A stretch of DNA of 64,000 nucleotides from Octopus vulgaris (GCA_951406725.2 OX597833.1:40052001-40116000); one strand, 5' to 3'; positions 13,179 to 25,162 are shown, counted from the stretch's first letter. Notes: a model not told the origin generated them from the letters alone. Translations and numbers: made by a program.

Positions 13179-14328
13179 TATATATACCATACATAAATAA
13201 CACATATCAATACTTGAAAGACAATCATTTTCGCTCATTTGCAAAATTTAAGGCTTACTCTTAAAATTAACCGCCAAAAGGAAAAGCTAAAACATTAATA
13301 TATATATATACATACATATTTATATATATATATATATGTGTGTGTGTGTATGTATATTTATATATATATATATACATATTTAAAACGTATACAGTAGCTA
13401 TATAAATCAGAAAGGACAGCAAATAAAGATAAGAACAACTCTAAATTAAAGAAAAGAAATATGGCAAAATCATAAATTAAAGAAAAAAATCAAAGATGCG
13501 AAAACAGAGAATTGAAAACAGTAATGGAGAACTAAAGGAAGGAATGTGGTGAGGATCAGAAATGGTGAGAAATTGGTGAAATGAAAAATGTGAAGGGAAT
13601 AATAGGAATTGAAAGGGAAAGATGTAAAATGAATAAGAATGAATGGAGAGTAAAAAATAGAGGTGAATGTGTAAGAAGAAATATGGAGAAGGGAAAGATA
13701 TGGGGAGAATGATAATAAAAAGTGAAAGATGGAGGAGGCAGGAGAAGGAACAGGGAAAAATGGTGAAATGGAACACTTGTTTTAGTCATTGGATGACAGC
13801 CATGTAGGAGCAATGTATTAAAAGGTTATAGTTGAACAGATTGGCCTCAGTGCTTATTTTGTGGAACCACTTAGTTATGAGGGCGTAAACAGATCAACAC
13901 CGCTTGTCAAACTGTGGAGATCGGGACAAACACAGAGGCACCTACACACACATAAACATAAACACACAAACTCACACACATACATAAACACATAAACACA
14001 CAAACTCACACACATACATAAACACATATATACATACATTCTTTCTCTCACACACACAAACACACATAAACATATATGTATATCATATATCTTTTACTTG
14101 TTTCAGTCAAAGACTGCTGTCATGCTTGGGCACTGCCTTGAAGGATTTTAGTCAAACAGATTGACCTCAGTACTGATTTTTTCTTAAAGTCTGGTACTTA
14201 TTCTATCAGTTTCTTTTGCTGAAATTCTAAGTCATTACATAGAAATCAACAAACTAACACTGATTACTTGGCAGTGCGTGTGCGTGGGGACAAAAATATA
14301 GACAAAGACTCACAGACATAAATGTGTA

Positions 14329-14825
14329 TCATCATCATCATCATTTAACGTCCGTTTTCCATGCTAGTATGGGTTGGACGGTTCAACCAAGGTCTGGGAA
14401 GCCGGGAGCTGCACTAGGCTCCAGTCTGATCTGGCAGTGTTTCTATAGCCGGATGCCCTTCCTAATGCCAACCACTCCATGAGTGTAGTAGATGCTTTTT
14501 ACGTGCCACCGGCACAGGGGCCAAAGGAGGCTGGCAACAGCCACAATCGGTTGGTGTTTTTTACGTGCCACCAACACGGACACCAGTCAAGACGGCGCTG
14601 GCATCAGCCATGTTCAGATGGTGCTTTTTACATGCCACCGGCACAGGTATCACAGCTACAATTTCCATTTGATTTATATTTTGTTGTTGATGTACTTGAC
14701 TCAACAGGTCTTCTAAAGGATAGCAGGTCACCCTACGATCCAAGGTAAGTACAGCAGGCCGTCCTGTGAGCCATGAACTCTCTTTATTTGTCGGGTATTC
14801 GCAGTCACAGCATATCTCCAGAAGT
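14329..14825 (-). mobile_element. RTE 3'UTR copy
   Basis: (CAT)n tail, TTTAACGTCCGTTTTCCATGCTAG and hairpin modules. Confidence 0.8.
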
Positions 14826-15043
14826 TTCTAAGAAAAATGGGATTAAAAGTCCTGGTAGATATCAAGTAAACACTCAGTATAAAAGAATGAGGTTTATCCC
14901 TATAAATTGAGAGAATTCTCACAATATATCATTGATAACACCAGTTGATCTCTGGATTTTTTATAATCCCTAAAGAGGACACTATATTCTCAAATGACTG
15001 ACTATAAATATATATATATGCTATCCCAAGTAAAACATTTTGA

Positions 15044-15124
15044 AACTCTGATGATGCTATAGGGTAATACACAAGCACTCAACTGTGAGTGCATTGTATC
15101 TTATAGCTGAAACAGATGTAAGCT
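15044..15124 (+). ncRNA. Type-I hammerhead ribozyme fold with an intact core and extended stem II
   Basis: CTGATGA (15048-54), then GCTATAGG/CTTATAGC, ATACA/TGTAT and GCACTCA/TGAGTGC pairings, then GAAAC AGAT GTA (15109-15120). Stem I is weak. Confidence 0.65.
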
Positions 15125-15813
15125 AGTGAAATTCATGATATATTTTCTTATTCACTGGTAATTTTCATCACGTGTGTGTGTATGTACACATATGTATGTA
15201 TCACACAGATGGCACCCATGCTGGTGTCACATGAAAGCACCAATTACACTATCAGTGTGGTTAGCATTAGGAAGAGCATCTAGCCATAGAAAACCATGCC
15301 AAATCAGACTGGAGTCTGGTGCAGCCTTCCAGCATGCCAGCCCAGTAAAACCGTCCAATCCTTGCCAGCATGGACAACAGACGTTAAATGATTATGATAT
15401 ATATATATATATCACCCAGAATCACCCAGCGAACATCCACCATGGGTCATCAGAATTGCTCAAGGTAAAAATGAATTCCTCGCTCTTTCGGGAACATCAA
15501 TCTTCTGTATTGACTGCTTTCCACCACTTTGATCTGTTTTTTGTATTGAATACGTATCGCCACCGTGGGCCACTGCATCGAACACTTTGAACATATAGCA
15601 TGAATGAACGTACTTCAAACTATATTTGAACTTTAAGATGTCTGACTCCGTTGTGTATTGTAAATGAATTTCTTGTGTTTGACAGCATGAGCTGTCTTTT
15701 TTTATATATAACTTTTTTTGATAAGGTTCATTTCAGGAACTGAAACATGTTATAATGTATATATAAAAATTAAAAATTGTATAATATAGCAGCATTTTCG
15801 AACTTCATTTTTT

Positions 15814-15890
<77 letters not shown>

Positions 15891-15891
15891 G

Positions 15892-17160
15892 GAGAAATAC
15901 CTAGCCAAAGATAAGCCCCTGTACCTGGCTTTTGTTGACATGGAGAAAGCTTTTGATAGGGTCCCCCGATCCCTTATCTGGTGGTCAATGAGGAAACTAG
16001 GGATAGATGAATGGCTGGTGAGGACTGTGCAAGCCATGTACAGAGATGCCGTAAGTAAGGTTAGGGTTAGCAACATGTACACAGAAGAATTCAAAATAGA
16101 GGTTGGGGTCCACCAGGGTTCAGTACTCAGCCCCCTCCTATTTATCATAGTCCTACAGGCAATTACGGAGGAATTCAAGACAGGTTGTCCCTGGGAGCTC
16201 CTCTATGCTGACGACCTTGCTCTTATTGCTGAGTCACTATCAGAGCTGGAGGAGAAGTTCCAGGTGTGGAAGGAGGGTTTAGAATCGAGGGGCCTTAGAG
16301 TCAACCTAGCTAAAACCAAAGTACTAATAAGTAGGAAGGTAGACAATCCACAAATGTCTTCAGGAAGATGGCCCTGCTCGATCTGTAGAAAAGGTGTAGG
16401 TAGAAACTCTATAAGATGTACCCAGTGTAAGCTATGGACACATAAGAGGTGCAGCAATGTCAAAGGTAGGCTAACTGGGAAGATAGTTTTTGTATGTGGC
16501 AGATGCTCAGGAGCATTAACCTCCGAAAATCTGCAGAAAATAACTTCAGTCACTTTCCAAGGGGAAAAACTAGAAGTAGTTGATAGCTTCCGTTATCTAG
16601 GTGACCAAGTCAGTAGTGGGGGTGGGTGCGCTGAAAGTGTAACTGCTAGAATAAGAATAGCCTGGGCAAAGTTTAGGGAGCTCTTACCTCTGCTGGTGAC
16701 TAAAGGCCTCTCGCTCAGAGTAAAAGGCAGACTGTATGATGCATGTGTACGAACAGCCATGCTACATGGCAGTGAAACATGGGCCGTGACTGCCGAGGAT
16801 ATGCGTAAGCTCGTGAGGAATGAAGCCAGTATGCTCCGATGGATGTGTAATGTCAGTGTACATACTCGACAGAGCGTTAGCACCTTGAGAGAAATGTTGT
16901 ACCTAAGAGGCATCAGTTGTGGTGTGCAAGAGAGACGATTGCGCTGGTATGGTCATGTGGCGAGAATGGATGAAGATAGGTGTGTGAGAAAGTGCCAATC
17001 CTTAGCAGTTGAGGGAACCTGTGGAAGAGGTAGACCCAGGAAAACCTGGGACGAGGTGGTGAAGCACGACCTTCGAACTTTAGGCCTCACTGAGGAAATG
17101 ACCAGCGACCGAGACCTTTGGAAATATTCTGTACGTGAGAAGACCAGGCAGGACAAGTGA
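15892..17160 (+). CDS. RTE LINE reverse transcriptase (partial, 5'-truncated but uninterrupted) with an embedded C4HC3 PHD-like finger
   Basis: Open frame EKYLAKDKPLYLAFVD-MEKAFD...QDK*. CSIC..CTQC..HKRC..CGRC lies at 16375-16506. Confidence 0.9.
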   Translation, partial: EKYLAKDKPLYLAFVDMEKAFDRVPRSLIWWSMRKLGIDEWLVRTVQAMYRDAVSKVRVSNMYTEEFKIEVGVHQGSVLSPLLFIIVLQAITEEFKTGCPWELLYADDLALIAESLSELEEKFQVWKEGLESRGLRVNLAKTKVLISRKVDNPQMSSGRWPCSICRKGVGRNSIRCTQCKLWTHKRCSNVKGRLTGKIVFVCGRCSGALTSENLQKITSVTFQGEKLEVVDSFRYLGDQVSSGGGCAESVTARIRIAWAKFRELLPLLVTKGLSLRVKGRLYDACVRTAMLHGSETWAVTAEDMRKLVRNEASMLRWMCNVSVHTRQSVSTLREMLYLRGISCGVQERRLRWYGHVARMDEDRCVRKCQSLAVEGTCGRGRPRKTWDEVVKHDLRTLGLTEEMTSDRDLWKYSVREKTRQDK

Positions 17161-17245
17161 GCCCAGCCCACTTATGAATGCCTTTCCTCCCTTGGACACA
17201 AAGACCTGTTGAGGCAAGCAAAGTCGATATAGAACCTCATCCAAC

Positions 17246-17823
17246 GACAGGCACCCATGCCAACCCCCTTTGCTTGCGAAGACATGTTGGGGCAAGCGAA
17301 ATCGAAATCGAAGTCAAAATCGAATTGAACCAGCCAGGATCCCTGGTCTGGTGGTACGTAAAAAGCACTATCCGACTCGTGGCCGATACCAGCGCCGCCT
17401 CCACTGGCTTCTGTGCCGGTGGCACGTAAAATACACCAATCTGACCATACGACAGGCACCCATGCCAACCCCCTTGCTTGCGAAGACATGTTGGGGCAAG
17501 CGAAATCGAATTGAACCAGCCAGGTTCCCTGGTCTGGTGGTACGTAAAAAAGCACTATCCGACTCGTGGCCGATGCCAGTGCCGCCTCCGCTGGCTTCCG
17601 TGCCAGTGGCACGTAAAATACACCAATCTGACCGTACAACAGGCACCCATGCCAACCCCCTTGCTTGCGAAGACATGTTGGGGCAAGCAAAATCGAAATC
17701 GAATTGAACCAGCCAGGATCCCTGGTCTGGTGGTACGTAAAGCACCATCCGACTCGTGGCCGATGCCAGCACCGCCTCGTCTGGCTTCCGTGCCGGTGGC
17801 ACATAAAATACACCAATCCGACT
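17246..17823 (+). repeat. Three tandem ~190-205-bp units in the RTE 3'UTR
   Basis: ACAGGCACCCATGCCAACCCC...AAATACACCAATC recurs from about 17246, 17451 and 17638. Confidence 0.9.
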
Positions 17824-18069
17824 GTGGCCGTTGCCAGCCTCGCCTGGCACCTGTGCAGGTGGCACGTAAAAAGCACCCACTACACTCACGGAGTGGTTGG
17901 CGTTAGGAAGGGCATCCACCTGTAGAAACACTGCCAGATAAGACTGGAGCCTGGTGCAGCCTTCTGGCTTCCCAGATCCCCGGTCGAACCGTCCAACCCA
18001 TGCTAGCATGGAGAACGGACGTTAAACGACGATGATGATGATGATGATGATGATATATATATATATATG

Positions 18070-18138
<69 letters not shown>

Positions 18139-18250
18139 TAGGCTTACAAAGAGTAAGTCCTGGAGTTGATTTCTTCAACTAAAAGTGGTGTTCCAGCATA
18201 GGTGTAGTTAAATGACTGAAACAAGTAAAAGAATAAAAGAATACATACAC

Positions 18251-18284
<34 letters not shown>

Positions 18285-19184
18285 GAAGAAATCAACCCCA
18301 GGACTTATTCTTTGTAAGCCTAGTACTTATTCTATCAAGCAATGGTGGAGGAACAAACATAGAGACATGAACATATATATATACACACAACGAGCTTCTT
18401 TCAGTTTCCGTCCACCAAATCCACTCACAAGGCTTTGGTCAGCTCGAGGCTATAGTAAAGACACTTACCCAATATATTTATATTGAGACCATATCATTGG
18501 GAAACAAGCTTCTTAACCTTCACCTAAATGAAGAGAGAAAAAAATGGGCTGGCACAATGGAGAGGCAATATCATAAAGCTAAAACAGTAGTAAGAATCAG
18601 AGAGTATTGATTGACAAAACTGGAGAACCAGAACAGGGCTTTGTGAAGTAAGAAAGGGGGAAAAAATTGACTGAGGATAATAAGGAAACAGAATGGCAAA
18701 GACATAGAAGGACTGTATGTAGGAGGAGTAATAAAGAAAAACAGAGAGTGGTAAAGGTATTGGAGAATTATAGAATAGAAAATGGAGAAGAAAGTGGGGT
18801 GAAAAGTGAATACAGAGTGGGGTAGAAATAGAGGAGGGTGAAAATGAAGAGCTGATAGTGTATTGGGAAATAGCTAAAGATTGTTTTTTTTTCCATTTTG
18901 TTTTTGTTTTTTGTTTTTTTGTTGCATTTTTTTTTTTTATATTATTAAATAAGTTGTAATAACTGTAATGAAAGACTTCATGTTATTTTTGAATCCATTC
19001 ATACCCATTATCTGGCTTTTGAAATAGGTAGTCAGATGCTATTGTTAAAGAATGAACTGACCTTCTCTATAACACACTCATCACACTCACAAACACACAA
19101 CTTCACACACACACATACACACATATACTTCTCTTTCCCATACATACATATTTACATACATACATGCATGCATGCATTATATAT

Positions 19185-19310
<126 letters not shown>

Positions 19311-19774
19311 CATGTATGTATACGTATGTATGTATAATATATATATGTGTATATGTATCTGTGTGTATGTATTCACTCAGACGCACACACATAAACACAC
19401 ACACAAACATACACACATACACACACACATACACGCACACATACACATAAATATCATCATCCTCATCAATTAACAGTCATGGTCCATGCTTGTATGGTTT
19501 CTATGACTGGATGCCTATCCTAACACCAACCACTTTACAGTGTGTACTTTTCTATGGCACTAATGAGGTTGCCATACATCTCACAAGACCAGAAAACCCA
19601 ATGAGGCAGTGATTTCTGCTAGGAGATGAGGGCAAAAGCATGAGAATAGGATGGGACAGAGCAAGTTTTTGTTGTGTAGGGGCTATGTGGATACTCATAT
19701 TTAGGGGAGAGTGATAAATGAATCAGTAGTAGCTGCAAAAAGACTAATAGTGTTAAAGAAGTGTCCAGGAGTGA

Positions 19775-19990
19775 AGGCAGAGAGCTGGCAGAAACGTTAG
19801 CATGTCGGGTGAAACGCTAAGCGGTATTTCGTCTGCCGTTATGTTCTGAGGTCAACTTTGCCTTTCATCCTTTCGGGGTCAATAAACTAAGTACCAGTTA
19901 TGCACTGGGGTCGATATAATCGACTTAATCCCTTTTTCTGTCCTTGTTTGTCCCCTCTATGTTTAGCCCCTTGTGGGCAATAAAGAAATA
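19775..19990 (+). mobile_element. tRNA-derived SINE family B (Nin/Deu-like central domain)
   Basis: GAGCTGGCAGAAACGTTAGC head and CTTTGCCTTTCATCCTTTCGGGGTC.ATAAA.TAAGTACC core. Copies at 26090-26295(-), 32430-32625(+), 37570-37780(-), 57267-57485(+) and 63165-64000(-). Confidence 0.7.
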
Positions 19991-20041
19991 AGAAGTGTCT
20001 AGGTGAACCTGAAATCCTAGCAAGTGGAAGTTTGTGTGTGT

Positions 20042-20240
20042 GTGTGTATTAAGGCTACCGTTAGTTTCATAAGAAAAATATCTTAATATCCTAACAATTT
20101 TTCAAGCCGATCACATGGAGGAAAGGTGTTCATCTCCAAAATAGAGACAGATAACCATTCCTCCATGTGATTGGCTTGAAAAATTGTTAGGATGTTAAGA
20201 TATTTTTCTTAACATAAAACCTATGGTAGCCTTAATACAC
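20042..20240. repeat. ~200-bp foldback (hairpin/MITE-like) element
   Basis: GTGTATTAAGGCTACC...CACATGGAGGAA is mirrored by TTCCTCCATGTG...GGTAGCCTTAATACAC. Confidence 0.85.
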
Positions 20241-21255
20241 AAATAAAGAAATTTTATTGAGCACTCATTCTCATCATTCGACATTTATGTATACACACAC
20301 ACACACACACATACACATAAGAGAAAAGACTGGAAACTGTTGTGACAACCAGGTTAGAAAATATGCTATACATTGAAATGTGACTGCTTTAACCTTTTTC
20401 TAACTTTCTTGGTTAATTAATACACTCTCTTGTTTATGTATTTGGTTCACAAGATTCTTAACATGAAACCGTGTGCTGAAACAGATTCTGTTGTATCTTG
20501 GGGAAGGTCATTATAATAAACACAATCACTGCTTTATTTCATTATCCTTATTATTAGTAGTCAACCAGCTAATCAATAAACCAATAAACTAATAAAGTAA
20601 TCAATTGTTTAGTTCTTTAGTTAATCAATCAATCATCTAAGTTCATTAGTCTTTTTGTCACCATTCCTGATGTGCCCTCTCTACTTAATTTGTGCTGATT
20701 AGTTTTGGAAATAATCATCTAGAATTAACTTAGCAGTTCATCAAAAGGGACAACAGAATAAATACCAGGCTTTGTAAAAAAATAAGTGCTAGGATTGATT
20801 TCTTCGACTGAACCCCAACATGACTGCAATCCAATGATTAAAACAAATAAAAGATAGAAGATAATTTGGATGGATTTAGGAACATATATCTAAAATTTCT
20901 TTTGATTTATATTGCTTGTTTGATCCCACCTAACAGTTAGCTGGTACCACAGGGTCACTGCTGTTGCAATACTATTGATCCCTAGGTCAGATCTGACACA
21001 GCAGACCTATGATCAAAGACATTCCAGTCGTGGCAATGCTTGTCTTTTATTTCTTCTTCAACTTAGTCATTTATTGATATATTCAGCCAGTGTTTGGAGC
21101 ATAATTTGACAAAATGTCCTTTTACATAAAAGAATATTGTAATTCAGATATGAACGCTTTTAAAAAATAAAACAGCAGTTTTGCATCAGAGATCCAGAGT
21201 TGCTCTCAGGCAAGATTGGTATCAAAAGAGTTAAATATGATCAAATTTTATTAAC

Positions 21256-21390
21256 CGTTTTTTGTTGTCGATGTCGACCATCACTAGTTACTAAAGACTT
21301 GAGATTGTTTGGGGCAGTTTTTTTGGCTTTTTTTTTTAGAGGGGGGGTCTCTTTATTTCTATCAATGTCTGTCTTTGAAGTTTCACTTTG
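21256..21390 (-). CDS. Candidate internal host-gene exon (135 nt, phase 0-0): QSETSKTDIDRNKETPPLKKKAKKTAPNNLKSLVTSDGRHRQQKT
   Basis: Poly-T tract plus CAG acceptor, stop-free 45 codons and an ACG|GTTAAT donor. The sequence is non-repetitive and has a basic NLS-like PPLKKKAKK. Confidence 0.5.
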
Positions 21391-21519
21391 CTGAAAAAAA
21401 AAAAATGAAATAAAATGCTCCAAAAATCTATAGAATCTTGTAAAACCGATTCTTTACTATGTGTCCTGATTCTTGGCAAAGTTTAGGCTTACATTCTGGT
21501 AAGATGGCAAATGGAGTGA

Positions 21520-22203
21520 ATAGTTTTAGTCTTGTGGTGGTTCTTGTTGTTGTTGTTATTGTTGTTATTGGCGGCAGCGGCAGTGGTGGTGTGGTGGTGG
21601 TACTGGTGGTGGTGGTGGTGGTGGTGTGGTGGTGGTGGTTGTGGTGGTGGCAGTGATGGCAGTGATGGTAGTGGTGGTGGTGATGCTGGTGGTGGAGGTA
21701 GTGGTGGTGGTGGTGGTGGTGGTGGTGGCAGTGATGGCAGTGATGGTAGTGGTGGTGGTGATGCTGGTGGTGGTGGTAGTGGTGGTGGCAGTGGTGGTAG
21801 TTAGTGGTGGTACTGGTGGTGTTTGTGTTGTCCTTACTATTGTTCCAGCTGTTTCTATAGTTTATGTTGCTGCAGTTGTTGTTGTTAGTGACACTGTTGT
21901 TGTTGCTATTGGAGATGATGGTGCTGATGCTGGTACTGATGTTGTTATTGTGGGGGTGTACATGTTGTCATTAGTATTGTTCTAGTTGTTACTTTAGTTC
22001 ATGCCGTAGCTGCAGTTCTTATCAGTTATGTTGTTATTGTTGGTGGTGATGGTGGTGGTGGTGGTGGTGGAGGTGGCAGTGGTGGTGTTGGTGTTGCTGT
22101 TGTTGTTGTTGTTGGAGGTGTTGGTGGTTGCATTGTTGTTATTGTATTGTTGCAGTCATTATTGTTAAAATTCATGTTTTTATTGGTTTTGTTATTGTTT
22201 TTG

Positions 22204-22295
<92 letters not shown>

Positions 22296-22430
22296 GGTAT
22301 TGTTACTGTTGTTGTTGTTGTTATCACTGTTGCTGGTTTTGTTGTTGTTACAGTTGATATTGTCTGTGTTGTTGTTGTTGATGTTGTTGTTTTAATTCAT
22401 ATTGTTATTGGTTTTGCTGCTACTACTCAA
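21520..22430. repeat. (GGT)n/(GTT)n/(ATT)n low-complexity island with an internal duplicated unit at about 21645-21800
   Basis: Direct inspection of the sequence. Confidence 0.9.
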
Positions 22431-23114
22431 GTAGATTTATGATCAAAAGCATTCCAGTCATGACCATTCCATTTTGTGTGTGTTTGTGTGTATGTGTATA
22501 TGTGTGTGTGTGTCTAGAACTACATTGTCTTATTAGAAAATTACAATTTTTAAATCTCACAATGTGAGATATTCAGCAACTGTACTTTGTAGTAAAGATT
22601 GTTTACCAACATAATATGGCAGTCCTGGTTTAGGACTAATATTGCTGTAATTTTGCCCCAGGAGACAATATCTCCAGCTGGCTATATGACACGATCTGTG
22701 TCCTTATATTTTCAAACAAGGGAATCTACATCGTCTTGTCTCATAAGGGTGAAATTTGAGGGAAATTTGGCTGCTATTTCCAGCAAGTCATATGGTTACA
22801 CAGAAGCTCCCCAACTGGTTTGCATAGTATGAAGTAGAAAGTGTGGTGCATTTTTTTTATCATACAGTATGACATAATGTGAAGGTATGTGGCTAAGTGG
22901 TTTCGGTATTTGGTTAAAGATCTTGAGTTCAATATGCTTTATTTCACATTGCTCCAATCTTCTCAACTGGCAAACAACATGAGTCGTAGTTGTAATTTAA
23001 AGGGCCGGCCTTGTCAAATTCTGTGTTGTGCTGAATCTCCCCATGGATTATGTTAAGGGTACGTGTATCCAGAGTGCTCAGTCACTTGCACATTGATTTC
23101 CTGAGCAAAACACA

Positions 23115-23450
23115 GGCACAGGAGTGGCTGTGTGGTAAGTAGCTTGCTTACCATCCACATGGTTCTGGATTCAGCCCCACTGTCTTCTACTATAGCCTCA
23201 GGTTGACCAAATCCTTGTGAGTGGATTTGGTGTGTGTATATGTTTGTGTGTCTGTGTCCCCGCTCCAACATTGCTTGACAACCAATGCCGGTGTGTTTAC
23301 ATCACGGTAACTTAGCAGTTCAGCAAAAGAAACCAATAGAATAAGTGCAAGCTTACAAAGAATTAGTCCTGCAATTGATTTGCTCGACTAAAGGCGGTGC
23401 TCCATCATGGCCACAGTCAAATGACTGAAACGAATAAAAGAATAAAAGAA
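23115..23450 (+). mobile_element. tRNA-derived SINE family A
   Basis: GGAGTGGCTGTGTGGTAAGTAGCTTGCTTACC head and CAGTCAAATGACTGAAAC.A.TAAAAGA tail. More than 15 full or partial copies in the window. Confidence 0.8.
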
Positions 23451-24251
23451 TAGAATGAGACATTTTATTTCCTGTTGCTCCAGTCCACTCAGCTGGCAAA
23501 AATGAGTCGTACCTGTGATTCAAAGGATCAATCTTGTCGCATGCTGTCACGCTGAATCTCCTTGAGAATTATGTTAAGGTACACGTGTCTGTGGAGTATT
23601 CAGCCACATGCACATTAATTTCACAAGCAGGCTGTTTCGTTGATTGGATCAGCTGGAATCCTTATTATCATAGCCACTGTCAAAACTGGGAGAGTGCCAG
23701 TCAGTTAGTAATCTTTCTAAATAATTTAACTCTCTCTCTGGCAGCATGTCAAAGAAGGAATATTCTTAGATGACTCAACTTGTTGTTATTGATGGTTTTG
23801 TTGTTGTTGTTTAACCCAAGTTAGCCTTGATTAAACAAACCCATGGTCAAAGACATTCCAAATGTGGTTATCTCAACATTTTTCAAGAATATTGTGCACC
23901 AGACTACATAATCTAATATATCCTTATTAAGATGGTAGTGTATAATTTCAGGGAAATTTGGCTGCTATATTTAGTCGGTCAATCAACTATGTAGTGGCTC
24001 TGTCTGTTGTTCTTCTCATTTTTGATTTTTATGGTCACACAGAGGCAGCAGACATAATATTTTAGGGCAGCTTGGACACTAGTAGACAAGAGAGGTAAAA
24101 CTGTATCCTCATGGAGAGCTGGTCAAAATCTTTGACTGTGTGGTAAAAAGTTTGCTTCCCAACAACATAGTTCTGTTCTGTATTTAAGAGATGAGGAATT
24201 ATGAACATTATTTACAATTGATGGATATTTGTCCTCATCTTGTTTGTTGTT

Positions 24252-24321
24252 AACACAATGTTTCAGCTGATATACCCTCCAGCCTTCATCAGGAAATACC
24301 TTCTAGCTTTCATCAGGTGCC
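24252..24321 (-). ncRNA. Minimal hammerhead ribozyme relic (Penelope-type), inverted partner of 24852-24897
   Basis: Minus strand reads GGCAC CTGATGA...(partial duplication)...CTGATGA AGGCTG GAGGGTATAT CAGCT GAAAC ATT GTGTT. Confidence 0.6.
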
Positions 24322-24384
24322 TTGGGGAAATTTCAAACCTAGGTTCCCATTTATTTTTTGATGTTATTATTGTTATTATTATTA

Positions 24385-24430
<46 letters not shown>

Positions 24431-24445
24431 CATAATTATTATTAC

Positions 24446-24589
24446 TCAGGTCACTGCCTGGAATTGAACTTTGAATCTTGGGGTTAGTAGCCTGTGCTCT
24501 TAACCACTATGCAACCCACGGCATATGGCGTAGTGGTTAAGAGTGCGGGCTACTAACCCCAAGATTTCGAGTTCAATTCCAGGCAGTGA

Positions 24590-24594
<5 letters not shown>
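24446..24594. mobile_element. Head-to-head pair of short tRNA-derived SINE-like elements with (AAT)n tails
   Basis: A box TGGCGTAGTGGTTAAG and B box GAGTTCAATTCC at 24526-24580. The reverse-complement copy lies at 24446-24512. Confidence 0.75.
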
Positions 24595-24662
<68 letters not shown>

Positions 24663-24851
24663 AAGAAGAAGAAGAAGAAGAAGAAGAAGAAGAAGAAGAA
24701 GAAGAAGAACAAGAACAAGAACAACAAGAACAACAACAACATTTTTCAGGAAATATAGCAACCAAATTTCCCTTAAATTATACACTACCGTCTTAATAAG
24801 GATATATTAGATTATGTAGTCTGGTGCACAATATTCCTGAAAATTCCCCAA

Positions 24852-24897
24852 GACACCTGATGATGGCTGGAGGGTATATCAGCCAAAACGTCGTGTT
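24852..24897 (+). ncRNA. Minimal type-I hammerhead ribozyme fold (Penelope-type) with G12>A decay
   Basis: GACAC CTGATGA T GGCTG GAGGGTATAT CAGCC AAAAC GTC GTGTT. Stem I is GACAC/GTGTT, stem III is the palindrome ACGT and the cleavage triplet is GUC. Confidence 0.65.
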
Positions 24898-25162
24898 AAC
24901 AACAAACAAGATGAGGACAAATATCCGTCAAATGTAAATAATGTAAATAATGAATGTAGTTCTGAGTTTAGTCCTACTGTGTGGCACCTTGGGCAAGTTT
25001 CTTCTATAGCCTTGGGCTAACCAAAGCCTTGTGAGTGGATGTGGTAGACAGAAACTGAAAGAAGTCCGTCATATATCATCTTCAGCATCATCATCATTAT
25101 GAAAACTGAATGCAGTCAGCCGTATATATATATGTGTGTGTTTGTATGTATATATATAGATA

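Larger units (their letters stand above)
15891..18054 (+). mobile_element. 5'-truncated young RTE-clade LINE: RT C-terminal ORF, long 3'UTR and (GAT)n tail, inserted in (TA)n
   Basis: RT motifs AFVDMEKAFDRV, GVHQGSVLSPLLF, LLYADD and FRYLG. RTE C-terminal motifs RLRWYGHV and GRPRKTW. (TA)n on both sides. Confidence 0.95.

Noticed and set aside
13440-13780. Purine-rich strand-biased tract (also 18520-18880)
   Set aside because: It looks like decayed simple repeat with no coding or structural pattern.
17172-18009. Long ORFs (234, 213 and 145 aa) over the RTE 3'UTR
   Set aside because: They are by-products of GC-richer tandem repeats and show no recognisable motifs.
24520-24594. Genuine tRNA gene
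   Set aside because: The acceptor and T stems pair poorly, and it has an (AAT)n tail and an inverted duplicate, which fits a SINE.
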